Assembly: GCA_016213015.1 (NCBI GenBank)
Contig: JACRCE010000013.1
Coordinates: 1 to 53,510, forward strand
DNA: 53,510 bases
Source: Deltaproteobacteria bacterium
GTDB lineage: Bacteria; Desulfobacterota; GWC2-55-46
Direction: 5' to 3'
Shown here: positions 35,697 to 44,827 of the stretch, in pieces
Numbering within the stretch: the stretch's first letter is position 1
How the letters are laid out: every line of letters starts with the position of its first letter
Made by a program: the position numbers and the translations under genes
The notes under the pieces: model-generated
What the model was told of the DNA's origin: nothing
Database searches by the model: none
What the model saw: the letters and a program-made list of their open reading frames with translations, nothing else

Positions 35697-38132
35697 TCAG
35701 GCGCTTTTCGTCCCGGCTCCCCTCATCTCAACGCCAAACCGTTCAACCGCAACTCCAACGACCTTTGCGTGAACAGCATCTACCTCATCGTTAGTAAGCG
35801 TGCGTCCCGATGCCCTGTAAACGATCCTTATCGCCATACTGCGCTTGCCGACAGGGATGCCTTTACCGTAGTATACATCAAACAGTTCAACCCTTTCAAT
35901 AAGTTTCGTGTCTATTTCTTTTATCAGCGCGATTATCTCCTGATACGCTATCTTCTCGTCCGCTATGAAGGCAACGTCCCGCGTGGACTCCGGAAACCGA
36001 GCAATGGCGCTGTAACGCGGTTTCTCCCTTTGCGCGTCGAGCATGGCGTCAACGTCAAGCTCGAAGACGAACGAGGGTCTTTTAAGATCAAAGGCCGTTG
36101 CCATAGCGGGATGCACCTGTCCTAAATATCCGATGTCGCCGCCTTTGCCCATAAGGCGCACAACGGCAGACCTGCCGGGATGGAACATCTGGTTAGCCTC
36201 TTGAGGGACAAACGTTGCCTGATGTTCAGGCATCAAACCGGAAAGCAACCCCTCGACAACGCCCTTGATGTCGTAGAAATCAACGTCTTCCTTTGGGCTG
36301 TTCCATGCGTTGTTGCTGCGTGCTCCGTGAAGGAGACCGGAGAGCCGCCAGTTCTCCTTCACCGGTTGCTTTTCCGCGTCTCTTGAAAACACGGCGCCGA
36401 ACTCGAATATCCGTACGTCGTCGTTTTTATGGGCAAGATTATATTTAAGCGTATTAAGGAGCGACGGGATAAGACTCGTCCGCATCACGGCTTGGTCCTC
36501 GGAAAGCGGATTGAGCAAGGCGGCTGCTGCGCCCGCCTGATGAGCGGGGAAGTCAGCGAACCTGCGCGGCACAAAGGCGTAGTTGATGGCTTCAAAAAAA
36601 CCCGCGCCGACAAGATGGCCGCGCGCGCGCGCGGCTATAGATGTAAGCCTTCCGTGTTTGCCCCTTTTAAGTCCGGCGCTGACAGGAGAGGCCGGGATGT
36701 CGTCGTACCCGGACTTGCCGCACCTTGCCGCCTCTTCAACAAGGTCGATCTCAGTTAGTATATCCATCCTCCATGACGGCGGGACAACGGTTATGACGCC
36801 TTGCCCTGATGACAAGACCCTCATGCCGAGTCTTTCAAATATAGCGACGCACTCCTTTTCATCGAGGCTCAAGCCGAGTATCGCCTCCGCGCGTTTTACC
36901 CTGAAGGAGATCGGCGCAACATCCGGCCCTTTCCTATGGACGGCAACGTCTATCATGCCCTTTGCGACGGAACCACCGGCAAGTTCGGCTATCATCGCGG
37001 TTGCCCTGTCGAGCGCGTGAGACACGCCGTTAAAGTCAACGCCTCGCTCAAACCTGATAGACGCATCGGTCGAGAGGCCGGTCTTTTTGGACGCGCTTCT
37101 GACCGTCGCGGGGTCAAACCATGCGGCCTCAAGGAGTATGTTCTTGGTCGCGTCCGAGACCTCTGTGCCCTTGCCGCCCATGACCCCGGCGAGCGCAACC
37201 GGAGATGCGCCATCCGCGATCACAAGCATGGATGGATCGAGGGTGCGCGTCTTTCCGTCAATGGTAATAATGGTCTCGTGCTCAACGGCGCGGCGCACGA
37301 CTATCTTTTTACCGCTCAGTTTGTCCAGATCAAAAGCGTGAAGAGGCTGGCCATATTCAAGGAGCACGTAGTTGGTAACGTCAACGATATTATTGATCGG
37401 CCTTACTCCGTGCGCCTCAAGTCTGCCCTTTAACCATTCGGGCGAAGCGTGTACCTTGAGCCCGGTTATGACGCGGCCCGCATATCTGCCGCAGGCAACG
37501 GTATCAAGCACGCTCACGGATACAAGGGACTCAACCGGCTCTCCAGTATCAGCGAGGCTTAGAGGTTTATCCTTCAGAGGCTCTTTGGTGAGCGCGCTTA
37601 TCTCCCTTGCAACGCCCCTGACGCTCAAAAGGTCGGCCCTGTTGGGCGTTACGCCAAGCTCGAACATGTAATCGTTAAGGCCAAGCGCTTCCTTCAGGTC
37701 AACGCCAAGCGGCGTGTCATCAGGCAGTATCATTATGCCGTCGGAAGCGTCCTTCAAGCCAAGTTCAACCTCCGAACACATCATGCCCTGAGACTCTACC
37801 CCGCGTATCTTGGACGCCTTTATCTTAAACCCGCCCGGCAACTCAGCGCCGATACGCGCCAAGGCAACCTTGTCCCCGGGCTTCATGTTCTTTGCCCCGC
37901 AAACAATGGAGACCGTCTCGCTTCCCGTGTTGACATCGCAAAGACTCAGCCTGTCGGCATTCGGATGCTTGGCAACGCTCAACACCTCGGCAATAATGAC
38001 GCCGGAAATGGCAGGGGCAAGCGAAGCGACAGACTCCACCTCTGTCCCTGACATGGTGAGCAAACGCCCGAGCGCGTTAGGCTCAGGCAGATTGCCGACG
38101 TATTCTCTTAACCAGTTGCAGCTGACTCGCAT
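35697..38132 (-). CDS. pheT: Phenylalanine-tRNA ligase beta subunit
   Basis: KHPNADRL, TPNRADLLS, RFERGVD, LNPLSED and C-terminal FDX-ACB domain. Confidence 0.98.
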   Translation of the reverse strand: MRVSCNWLREYVGNLPEPNALGRLLTMSGTEVESVASLAPAISGVIIAEVLSVAKHPNADRLSLCDVNTGSETVSIVCGAKNMKPGDKVALARIGAELPGGFKIKASKIRGVESQGMMCSEVELGLKDASDGIMILPDDTPLGVDLKEALGLNDYMFELGVTPNRADLLSVRGVAREISALTKEPLKDKPLSLADTGEPVESLVSVSVLDTVACGRYAGRVITGLKVHASPEWLKGRLEAHGVRPINNIVDVTNYVLLEYGQPLHAFDLDKLSGKKIVVRRAVEHETIITIDGKTRTLDPSMLVIADGASPVALAGVMGGKGTEVSDATKNILLEAAWFDPATVRSASKKTGLSTDASIRFERGVDFNGVSHALDRATAMIAELAGGSVAKGMIDVAVHRKGPDVAPISFRVKRAEAILGLSLDEKECVAIFERLGMRVLSSGQGVITVVPPSWRMDILTEIDLVEEAARCGKSGYDDIPASPVSAGLKRGKHGRLTSIAARARGHLVGAGFFEAINYAFVPRRFADFPAHQAGAAAALLNPLSEDQAVMRTSLIPSLLNTLKYNLAHKNDDVRIFEFGAVFSRDAEKQPVKENWRLSGLLHGARSNNAWNSPKEDVDFYDIKGVVEGLLSGLMPEHQATFVPQEANQMFHPGRSAVVRLMGKGGDIGYLGQVHPAMATAFDLKRPSFVFELDVDAMLDAQREKPRYSAIARFPESTRDVAFIADEKIAYQEIIALIKEIDTKLIERVELFDVYYGKGIPVGKRSMAIRIVYRASGRTLTNDEVDAVHAKVVGVAVERFGVEMRGAGTKSA

Positions 38133-38178
38133 TGTGGCGCCTTATTTATGTAGTGCCGATGGATTTTGCGGCCCTTGA

Positions 38179-38270
38179 CTATCCGACTTCGCCATTCAAT
38201 CCACCCAGTATCTTTTCAACCTCCGCCTTCAGCAACGGCAGATTCTCTATTATCGTGTCCCAGACTATCT
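38179..38270 (-). pseudogene. C-terminal fragment of a HepT/DUF86 (HEPN) toxin
   Basis: IVWDTIIENLPLLKAEVEKIL matches the DUF86 C-terminus; cut by a MITE. Confidence 0.7.
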
Positions 38271-38453
38271 TAAGGAAGCTCTGATTAATTCTTATTTTGT
38301 CATTGCGAGCCCAGCACCACTTTGGATTACGAAAGCATGTTGTTTGATAAATTTTCTCGTGCAACAAAGTGGTGCTGGGTTGATTTCCTTGAAGACGAGA
38401 TTGCTTCGCGTTGCTCGCAATGACTGGTTGGCGAATTAATCAGAGCTTCCTTA
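38271..38453. mobile_element. MITE-like element (family B) containing a GTCATTGCGAG/CTCGCAATGAC REP and a nested 70-bp element (38310-38379)
   Basis: Perfect 21-bp IRs TAAGGAAGCTCTGATTAATTC / GAATTAATCAGAGCTTCCTTA; a second copy starts at 53367. Confidence 0.85.
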
Positions 38454-38505
38454 GATAAAGTAGTTCATTGCCGAGTATCCTCAATACCTCTTCCTTTGTC
38501 TTCAA
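38454..38505 (-). pseudogene. N-terminal fragment of a minimal nucleotidyltransferase (MNT) antitoxin
   Basis: AGGAG RBS, TTG start, MKTKEEVLRILGNELLYL, then interrupted by the MITE. Confidence 0.6.
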
Positions 38506-38656
38506 CGTCCTTCTCCTGCTCCGCGGATTATAGTTTGCAATCCAAAGCCCGTTTATTTCATAACTCGACGAGCGTGCATCATCGCCTGCTTCAGTTTCGC
38601 AACAAGGCAATAATCAAAACCGCAAGCCTTGGTTTTTCTCATCTTACATATACCCT

Positions 38657-39688
38657 CTAAAACTGCCTCAAAAACCTCAGATCATTCTCGTAAAAAAGCC
38701 TTATATCGTCAATGCCGTACTTGAGCATAGCTATCCGCTCTATGCCGAGGCCGAAGGCAAAGCCGGTATACTCTTCCGGGTCGTAGTTAACGGCCTTGAA
38801 TACGTTCGGGTGTATCATGCCGCAGCCGAGTATCTCCAGCCAGCCGGTCTCCTTGCAGACGCGGCAACCATTGCCAGAGCATATAACGCAGGTGATGTCC
38901 ACCTCCGCGCCGGGTTCGACGAACGGGAAAAAACTCGGCCTTATGCGAATGCCTACTTCGCCGAAGAGTTGTCTTAAAAAATCCATAAGCACCGACTTGA
39001 GATTTGCAAACGATATGTTCGTATCCACCATGAAGCCCTCGAGCTGATGGAACATGGGCGTGTGCGTAATGTCCGAGTCCCGGCGAAAGACCGCGCCCGG
39101 GGCTATGGCACGAATAGGCGGCTTTACCGACTCCATGACGCGAATCTGCACGGGCGAGGTGTGGGTGCGGAGGAGGAGATCGTCGCTGAAATAGAAGGTG
39201 TCCTGCATGTCCCTTGCGGGGTGGTTTTTAGGGATGTTGAGCGAAGCGAAGTTGTAGCGGTCAAGCTCGACCTGAGGCCCCTCGGCTATGTCGAATCCGA
39301 GGCCAAGGAATATATCCTCCACCTCGTTCATCACCTGCGTGATTGGATGAAGCCGTCCCGGCTGGATAAACCTTCCGGGCAGGGTTACGTCAAGCCGCTC
39401 TTTGGCAAGAGAGGCTTTTGCCCGGTCTGCGGCAAGCGCAGCCGAGCGGCTTTCCAGAGCCGCCTCGATCGCCTCCTTGGCGTTGTTTATGGCCTCGCCG
39501 ACGGCGCCTCGATTATCTGGGGCAAGTCCGGGAAGTTCTTTGAGGAGGGAGGCGATAAGCCCCTTCCGGCCCGCGTACTTGGACTTCAAGAGTTGCAGGA
39601 CATTCGCATCGTCTGCGGATGTTATCTCTGAAAGCGCTTCGCTCAGGAGCGATGAGAGCTTGTCCTGTACGCCGCCGGAGTCCGTCAT
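38657..39688 (-). CDS. pheS: Phenylalanine-tRNA ligase alpha subunit
   Basis: [31 protein letters not shown] and [13 protein letters not shown] 39688 overlaps the rplT stop. Confidence 0.98.
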   Translation of the reverse strand: MTDSGGVQDKLSSLLSEALSEITSADDANVLQLLKSKYAGRKGLIASLLKELPGLAPDNRGAVGEAINNAKEAIEAALESRSAALAADRAKASLAKERLDVTLPGRFIQPGRLHPITQVMNEVEDIFLGLGFDIAEGPQVELDRYNFASLNIPKNHPARDMQDTFYFSDDLLLRTHTSPVQIRVMESVKPPIRAIAPGAVFRRDSDITHTPMFHQLEGFMVDTNISFANLKSVLMDFLRQLFGEVGIRIRPSFFPFVEPGAEVDITCVICSGNGCRVCKETGWLEILGCGMIHPNVFKAVNYDPEEYTGFAFGLGIERIAMLKYGIDDIRLFYENDLRFLRQF

Positions 39689-40044
39689 GCGGCAAGCGAT
39701 AACTTTGCGGTTGAGGCAACCTTTGAAAACCCTGCCGGGTCGTTTACCGCCATGTCGGCAAGGCACTTTCTGTCAAGCGCCACGTTTGCCTTCAAAAGAC
39801 CGCTCATAAGACGACTGTAGGTGATACCGTTCATCCTTGCGGCCGCGTTTATCCTCGCGATCCACAGGCTCCGTATCTCTCTCTTCTTGGACTTCCTGTG
39901 GGCAAAGGCGTAAGCCAAGGCCCTGTCAACGGCCTCGCTCGCTATGCGATACAAGTGCCCCCTGCCGGCCCTGTAACCCTTGGCGGCCTTCAGGACGCTC
40001 TTTCTTTTCTTCTTGGCGTTTACGCCACGTTTAACCCTCGGCAT
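39685..40044 (-). CDS. rplT: 50S ribosomal protein L20
   Basis: MPRVKRGV...[13 protein letters not shown]. Confidence 0.98.
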   Translation of the reverse strand: MPRVKRGVNAKKKRKSVLKAAKGYRAGRGHLYRIASEAVDRALAYAFAHRKSKKREIRSLWIARINAAARMNGITYSRLMSGLLKANVALDRKCLADMAVNDPAGFSKVASTAKLSLAA

Positions 40045-40065
40045 CTCGCGTCTCCCTTTGATTGA

Positions 40066-40103
40066 AGGTTGCCTCTAAAAATTGCTATTTTTAGAGGCAA
40101 CCT
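40066..40103. repeat. Perfect palindrome; minimal copy of MITE family C
   Basis: AGGTTGCCTCTAAAAAT-TGCT-ATTTTTAGAGGCAACCT, with the same ends as 41137-41363. Confidence 0.85.
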
Positions 40104-40137
40104 GAAAAATCATCATTTTATCCGCTGTATAAGAAAC

Positions 40138-40332
40138 TTAAGCGAGCAACAGCTTCTTTATCGAGGCCTCGTGCGTCTTTGAGATATAGGCGGCCTTCCT
40201 AAGGCTCCTCTTGTTGCCCTGAGACTTTGGCGTAAGTATGTGCCGCGTCCCGGCCTTCCTGCGCTTGACCTTGCCGCTTGCCGTCAGCTTGAACCGCTTT
40301 GCGGCGCCCTTATTTGTCTTCATCTTTGGCAT
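40138..40332 (-). CDS. rpmI: 50S ribosomal protein L35
   Basis: [21 protein letters not shown]. Confidence 0.97.
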   Translation of the reverse strand: MPKMKTNKGAAKRFKLTASGKVKRRKAGTRHILTPKSQGNKRSLRKAAYISKTHEASIKKLLLA

Positions 40333-40352
40333 ATCTATCACACCTCTTGGTT

Positions 40353-40502
40353 AGGCCGCTCAAAAAACCGCATCTGCTTTGTTGTCTCGTCGCTCAGAAC
40401 TGCGCCCAGCACCACTTTGGCTTACTGAAGTATGTTGCTTTGCAGATTCTCTCATACAACAAAGTGGTGCTGGGCTCGCATCTGGGGCTTTTTGAGCGGC
40501 CT
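40353..40502. mobile_element. MITE-like element (family A) with nested 70-bp element (40405-40474)
   Basis: IRs AGGCCGCTCAAAAA / TTTTTGAGCGGCCT; internal CATCTG motifs shared with the 35450 copy. Confidence 0.8.
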
Positions 40503-40531
40503 TAGCGTTTTCGGGCTTTACACCCTCTTTA

Positions 40532-41113
40532 TTATTTACTCTCAGCTACAGCCTGTTGCGGCGCGGCAGACGCCGGCGCAACCGTTGTAGTCTGCGGCTT
40601 GATCGCCGAAGGGGCCACCAGCATGGTCATGGCGCGCCCTTCCATCTTGGGCGGCGCCTCTATGACGGCCGTTTCCTTCAACTCCTCGGCCACGCGCTTC
40701 AACATGCCCATGCCCAAACCGGTATGGGTAATCTCGCGGCCTTTGAAGGTTATCGTAACCCTGACCTTGTTGCCCTCGGCAAGGAATCGCTTTACGTTCC
40801 TCAGTTTGAACTGGAAATCATGCTCCTCGGTCTTGCCGCGAAGCTTCATCTCCTTGACCAATACGACCGTCTGCTTCTTCTTCGCGTCCTTGGCCTTCTT
40901 GCTCAACTGGTACTTGTACTTGCCATAGTCCATCATACGGCAGACCGGCGGGTTGGCCGTCGGGGATATCTCCACGAGGTCAAGCCCCGCGCCCTCAGCC
41001 GCTTGAAGCGCCTCCCGCGTGACCATTATTCCGAGCTGGTTGCCGTCAACGTCGAGCACGCGCACCTGCGGCACGCGGATCATCCTGTTAATCCTGATTG
41101 TTTCTTTAGCTAT
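40532..41113 (-). CDS. infC: Translation initiation factor IF-3 (non-canonical ATA start)
   Basis: LDLVEISPTANPPVCRMMDYGKY. The frame extends upstream of the ORF-track ATG to ATA GCT AAA (IAKETIRINRMIR) behind a GGGGTGG RBS. Confidence 0.95.
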   Translation of the reverse strand: MAKETIRINRMIRVPQVRVLDVDGNQLGIMVTREALQAAEGAGLDLVEISPTANPPVCRMMDYGKYKYQLSKKAKDAKKKQTVVLVKEMKLRGKTEEHDFQFKLRNVKRFLAEGNKVRVTITFKGREITHTGLGMGMLKRVAEELKETAVIEAPPKMEGRAMTMLVAPSAIKPQTTTVAPASAAPQQAVAESK

Positions 41114-41136
41114 GAGGAACCACCCCTTCCAGTATT

Positions 41137-41363
41137 AAGGCTGGCTCTAAAAATCGCTATTTTTCCCGACCGTTACGTTACGGGCGTCAGGGCGAAAATA
41201 AAAAGTTCACGGATCAACTATATGTTCCGTTTTTTATTTTCGCTTCCATCGCCCAGCACCACTTTGGATTACGAAAGGATGTTGTTTTGCAAATCTCTTC
41301 GTGCAACAAAGTGGTGCTGAGGCTCGACCTCGGAAAAAATTTCTAATTTTTAGAGGCAGCCTT
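41137..41363. mobile_element. MITE-like element (family C) with nested 70-bp element (41252-41321)
   Basis: IRs AAGGCTGGCTCTAAAAAT / ATTTTTAGAGGCAGCCTT. A solo right end also lies at ~10184-10216. Confidence 0.8.
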
Positions 41364-41393
41364 CAACGTTAAATGCCTTTTCACAACCTTGCA

Positions 41394-43337
41394 TCACGAA
41401 AGCGTATTGCCCTGCAATCCTTCCCGCGCGACAAGCGGACGATTCTCGTCCTTTACGCGGCTTAAAAACTCATCTATGGTCATGGGCTCAAATGTCTTTG
41501 ACCCCATCGCCCTTGGAGCCGCCTTCCCGTCCTTTTCCTCGGCGTCGCCTATGACGAGCTGGTACGGAATCTTTCTAAGCTGGGCCTCGCGTATCTTGAA
41601 GCCCAACTTTTCATTCCTCATGTCAAGCTCGACGCGGATGCCGCTTTGCTTGAGCCTTGCGCGCACCTTTTCGGCGTAAGCGTTGTTCCTATCGGTTACG
41701 GTCATGACTATGGCCTGCACCGGCGCAAGCCACAACGGAAACGCTCCGGCGTAATGCTCTATAAGACAACCGAAGAACCGCTCAAGAGAACCCATGAGCG
41801 CCCTGTGTATCATTATGGGACGCTTTTCGGCTCCGGTCTCGTCGCGGTATGTTACGTCGAAACGTTCAGGCAGATTGAAGTCCACCTGTATGGTGGAACA
41901 CTGCCATGCCCTGCCGAGCATGTCCTTTATCTTTACGTCTATCTTGGGGCCGTAGAATACGCCCTCGCCCGGATCAATCGCATAAGCAAGGCCGGTCGAA
42001 TCAAGCGCCTTTTTTAAGGCGTCCTCGGCCAATGCCCAATTCTCCAACTCTCCAACGTACTTATCGGGCCGGGTGCTGAGATAGATGTCGAACTCATTAA
42101 AACCAAAAGCCTTGAGAATGTAAAGCGTAAAATTCAGTACGCCCTTTATCTCGTCCTTCAACTGAGCCGGGGTCATGAAGATATGCGCGTCGTCCTGCGT
42201 AAAGCCCCTGACCCTTAAAAGCCCGTGAAGCGCGCCTGAACGCTCGTACCTGTACACGGTGCCAAGCTCCGCGTATCTTATCGGCAGGTCCCGGTAACTC
42301 TTCAAACCGCTCTTGTATATCTCAATATGGAACGGGCAGTTCATGGGCTTGACTATGTAGTCTTGCCCCTCCACGTCCATCGGGGAAAACAGATTCTCCC
42401 TGTAAAAATCCCAGTGCCCGCTCGTCTTCCACAAGCCGACCTGTGCGATGTGCGGCGTGTAGACCAAGCTGTAATCGTTGGCGACGTGCTCGGCCTTCCA
42501 AAAATCCTCTATAACGCGCCTGACCGTTGCCCCGGCCGGGTGCCAAAGGGTGAGTCCCGCGCCTATGTCGTCGGAGGTTGAAAAAAGACCAAGCTCGCGC
42601 CCAAGCTTTCTGTGGTCTCTTTTTTTAGCCTCTTCAAGCCTCGTTAGGTGCGCTTCAAGCGCTTGCTTCGATGCAAAGGCCGTTCCGTATATCCTCTGGA
42701 GCATACGGTTCTTTTCCGAACCCCTCCAGTATGCCCCGGCAAAACTCGTGAGCTTGAACGCCTTTATCCAGCCGGTTGACGGAACGTGCGGCCCGCGGCA
42801 CAGGTCGATAAAATCGCCCTGTTTATAAACGCATACCTCGTCCGCCTTTAATTCCTCTATAATCTCCTTCTTGTACGGCTCACCCATGCGCTCGAACAAC
42901 GCGAGCGCGTCGCTTGAGGAAAAGGTCTCGGCCACGAACGGATAATCGGCCTTGATTATCTCCTTCATCCCGGCTTCTATTGCAACAAGGTCTTCTGGAG
43001 TGAACGGCCTGTCAACGTCGAAGTCGTAATAAAAGCCGTCTTCAATGGCCGGGCCTATGGCAAGACGCGCATCCTTACGGAGCGACTTGACCGCCTGCGC
43101 CATTACGTGGGAGGCGGAGTGTCTGAGTATCTCAAGACCTTCCTTCGTGTCAGAGCCTATCGGCTCGATAACGGCCTCGCCGTCCTCAAGCACGTCCTTG
43201 AATCCCCTTGCCCGTCCATTCACCTTTACTGCAACCGCGTTCTTCAACGCGGCCTTGTCAATATCCTTGATAACGTCAAGTACGGTTGTCCCTTGAGCGT
43301 ATTCGCCTTCTTTACCGGCCAGTCTTGCGCGTATCAT
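41394..43337 (-). CDS. thrS: Threonine-tRNA ligase
   Basis: RHSASHVMA, DLCRGPHVP, KPMNCPFH, GLLRVRGFTQDDAH and HRALMGSLERF. Confidence 0.98.
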   Translation of the reverse strand: MIRARLAGKEGEYAQGTTVLDVIKDIDKAALKNAVAVKVNGRARGFKDVLEDGEAVIEPIGSDTKEGLEILRHSASHVMAQAVKSLRKDARLAIGPAIEDGFYYDFDVDRPFTPEDLVAIEAGMKEIIKADYPFVAETFSSSDALALFERMGEPYKKEIIEELKADEVCVYKQGDFIDLCRGPHVPSTGWIKAFKLTSFAGAYWRGSEKNRMLQRIYGTAFASKQALEAHLTRLEEAKKRDHRKLGRELGLFSTSDDIGAGLTLWHPAGATVRRVIEDFWKAEHVANDYSLVYTPHIAQVGLWKTSGHWDFYRENLFSPMDVEGQDYIVKPMNCPFHIEIYKSGLKSYRDLPIRYAELGTVYRYERSGALHGLLRVRGFTQDDAHIFMTPAQLKDEIKGVLNFTLYILKAFGFNEFDIYLSTRPDKYVGELENWALAEDALKKALDSTGLAYAIDPGEGVFYGPKIDVKIKDMLGRAWQCSTIQVDFNLPERFDVTYRDETGAEKRPIMIHRALMGSLERFFGCLIEHYAGAFPLWLAPVQAIVMTVTDRNNAYAEKVRARLKQSGIRVELDMRNEKLGFKIREAQLRKIPYQLVIGDAEEKDGKAAPRAMGSKTFEPMTIDEFLSRVKDENRPLVAREGLQGNTLS

Positions 43338-43405
43338 TACAGCGACTTACCTCTTAGTAACCGCGATGCGCGATGAAGTAATATTTTTTGCAGGTCTTCT
43401 GTTTT

Positions 43406-43440
43406 TTCACGGTCACGGTTCACGGTCGCGGTTCACGGCC
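43406..43440. repeat. Short 6-7-mer tandem repeat (T)TCACGG x5
   Basis: ttcacgg tcacgg ttcacgg tcgcgg ttcacgg; a related array lies at 43919-43940. Confidence 0.75.
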
Positions 43441-43446
43441 TTATGA

Positions 43447-43521
43447 TGGTAGGCACGGGCGGTTTCGAACCGCCGACCTCTACCGTGTCAAGGTAGCGCT
43501 CTACCCCTGAGCTACGCGCCT
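43447..43521 (-). tRNA. tRNA-Val(GAC)
   Basis: AGGCGCGTAGCTCAGGGGTAGAGCGCTACCTTGACACGGTAGAGGTCGGCGGTTCGAAACCGCCCGTGCCTACCA. Confidence 0.97.
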
Positions 43522-43692
43522 GTCGTAAGCCTTGTGCTTTCAAACCTTAAAGCCGTGGTAACGTGGCAAGCGCTTGAAAGAATATGGAATATTATCATAA
43601 CCGGACATGGTGTCAAGCGGAAAATGTCTGAAAATGCCGACGGAAGATGCCTGTAGCGGTTTTTTCAGAAGTGGCGGTGAATATGACGCGCT

Positions 43693-43899
43693 TCATTCTT
43701 CCCTGAATACTTCCTCCATCGGGATGCCTTCCAGTTTTCCTTCCCGATATGCCTTGAGTCTCCTTTCCGCTTCCTCGGCCCAGATTTCATCCAACTTCTT
43801 GTCCGGCTCATCCAAGCTCTTTATCAGGCCCTCGACCAAGGTAAACCGTTCATCTGGTTTTAGTTTCATCGCCTCATCCAACAACTCTTTCATGCTCAT
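43693..43899 (-). CDS. Putative addiction-module antitoxin (TIGR02574-like)
   Basis: ELLDEAMKLKPDERFTLVEGLIKSLD...WAEEAERRLKAYREGK; GGAGG RBS before ATG 43899. Confidence 0.88.
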   Translation of the reverse strand: MSMKELLDEAMKLKPDERFTLVEGLIKSLDEPDKKLDEIWAEEAERRLKAYREGKLEGIPMEEVFREE

Positions 43900-43941
43900 C
43901 GCAAAAGCGCCTCCAATCTTCACGGTCACGATTCGCGGCCT

Positions 43942-44184
43942 TCAAACAGACAGCGTGGCGACCTCGACTAAATTATGCTTAACGCGGGCGTCGTCAACTA
44001 TCTTTTCTAACTTCCCGGCGACGTCGTCACCTATCCAATCCGCGCCGCACTGAGGGCATACGGCGGCAGGCACGTCTCTTACCACCACCACCCCAAAACC
44101 CAATTCAACGGTAAACGTGGTCTTTCCGTCTTTCTTTGCCCCCCCGCAAAACGGGCAGATATCAGGCGCGGGCGATCCCTTCAT
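43942..44184 (-). CDS. YgiT-type zinc-finger protein (MqsA-like)
   Basis: CPFCGG...VVVVRDVPAAVCPQCG. Confidence 0.88.
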   Translation of the reverse strand: MKGSPAPDICPFCGGAKKDGKTTFTVELGFGVVVVRDVPAAVCPQCGADWIGDDVAGKLEKIVDDARVKHNLVEVATLSV

Positions 44185-44495
44185 GTCCGCCTCCTTGTCT
44201 TATAATCGGATTCAAAACAATCTAAATCCGGATTATAGGCCGTAATAATAAAAGACCATCCGGACACATGGTCGAGCGCAACGACAACGTGAAGAGGCTC
44301 AAGCCCAAGCCAACCGAAAAATAACGCGCTTGGATACGGCTTGTCGTCGGAATACTCTTCTATAATCTCTCCACACAATAAAACGTCTTTAACGGCCTTC
44401 CTTGAAGGCCTTCTCTCCAACATCCGTTCCAAGGCATGACGATGCCATACGATTTTGCTATTTTTTATGGCACTGCCAAGTAAAACCCTGTCCAT
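44181..44495 (-). CDS. DUF4258 protein (putative toxin partner)
   Basis: HALERMLER, GEIIEEYSDDKPYPSAL and LHVVVA...IITAYNPD; 4-nt overlap with the YgiT gene. Confidence 0.85.
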   Translation of the reverse strand: MDRVLLGSAIKNSKIVWHRHALERMLERRPSRKAVKDVLLCGEIIEEYSDDKPYPSALFFGWLGLEPLHVVVALDHVSGWSFIITAYNPDLDCFESDYKTRRRT

Positions 44496-44597
44496 TAGCA
44501 CAAATATACTTTATATTAAGCCTATCCGCAGCGTCAAGACAAAAAAGTCTTATAAAAATCTTAACGGACTATTCCGAGAGCAAAAGGTGTCAAAAAT

Positions 44598-44668
44598 GGG
44601 TCAGGTCTACTTTATTGCCATCTTCATAATTATTCAATGTCAAGAAAATAGACCTGACCCCTTTTGCT
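44598..44668. repeat. REP-like palindromic element, copy 1
   Basis: GGGTCAGGTCTA...TAGACCTGACCC; 71 bp, 5 mismatches to 46957-47027. Confidence 0.9.
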
Positions 44669-44827
44669 CCGTAGAGATATTGATTATTATTTAGGCATGT
44701 TTTGTCGTGAGGTAATTATCCCAAGCCAGTATCCTTGGTTTTTCGCCACGATAGATACTTGGCACGATAGTTGCATACTTAATATAGCAATAGATGAAAA
44801 CATAAAAGAGAGGCGCGGCGCAAATCA

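Noticed and set aside
38179-38367. 62-aa ORF as an intact gene
   Set aside because: It is a chimera of MITE sequence and a DUF86 C-terminal fragment.
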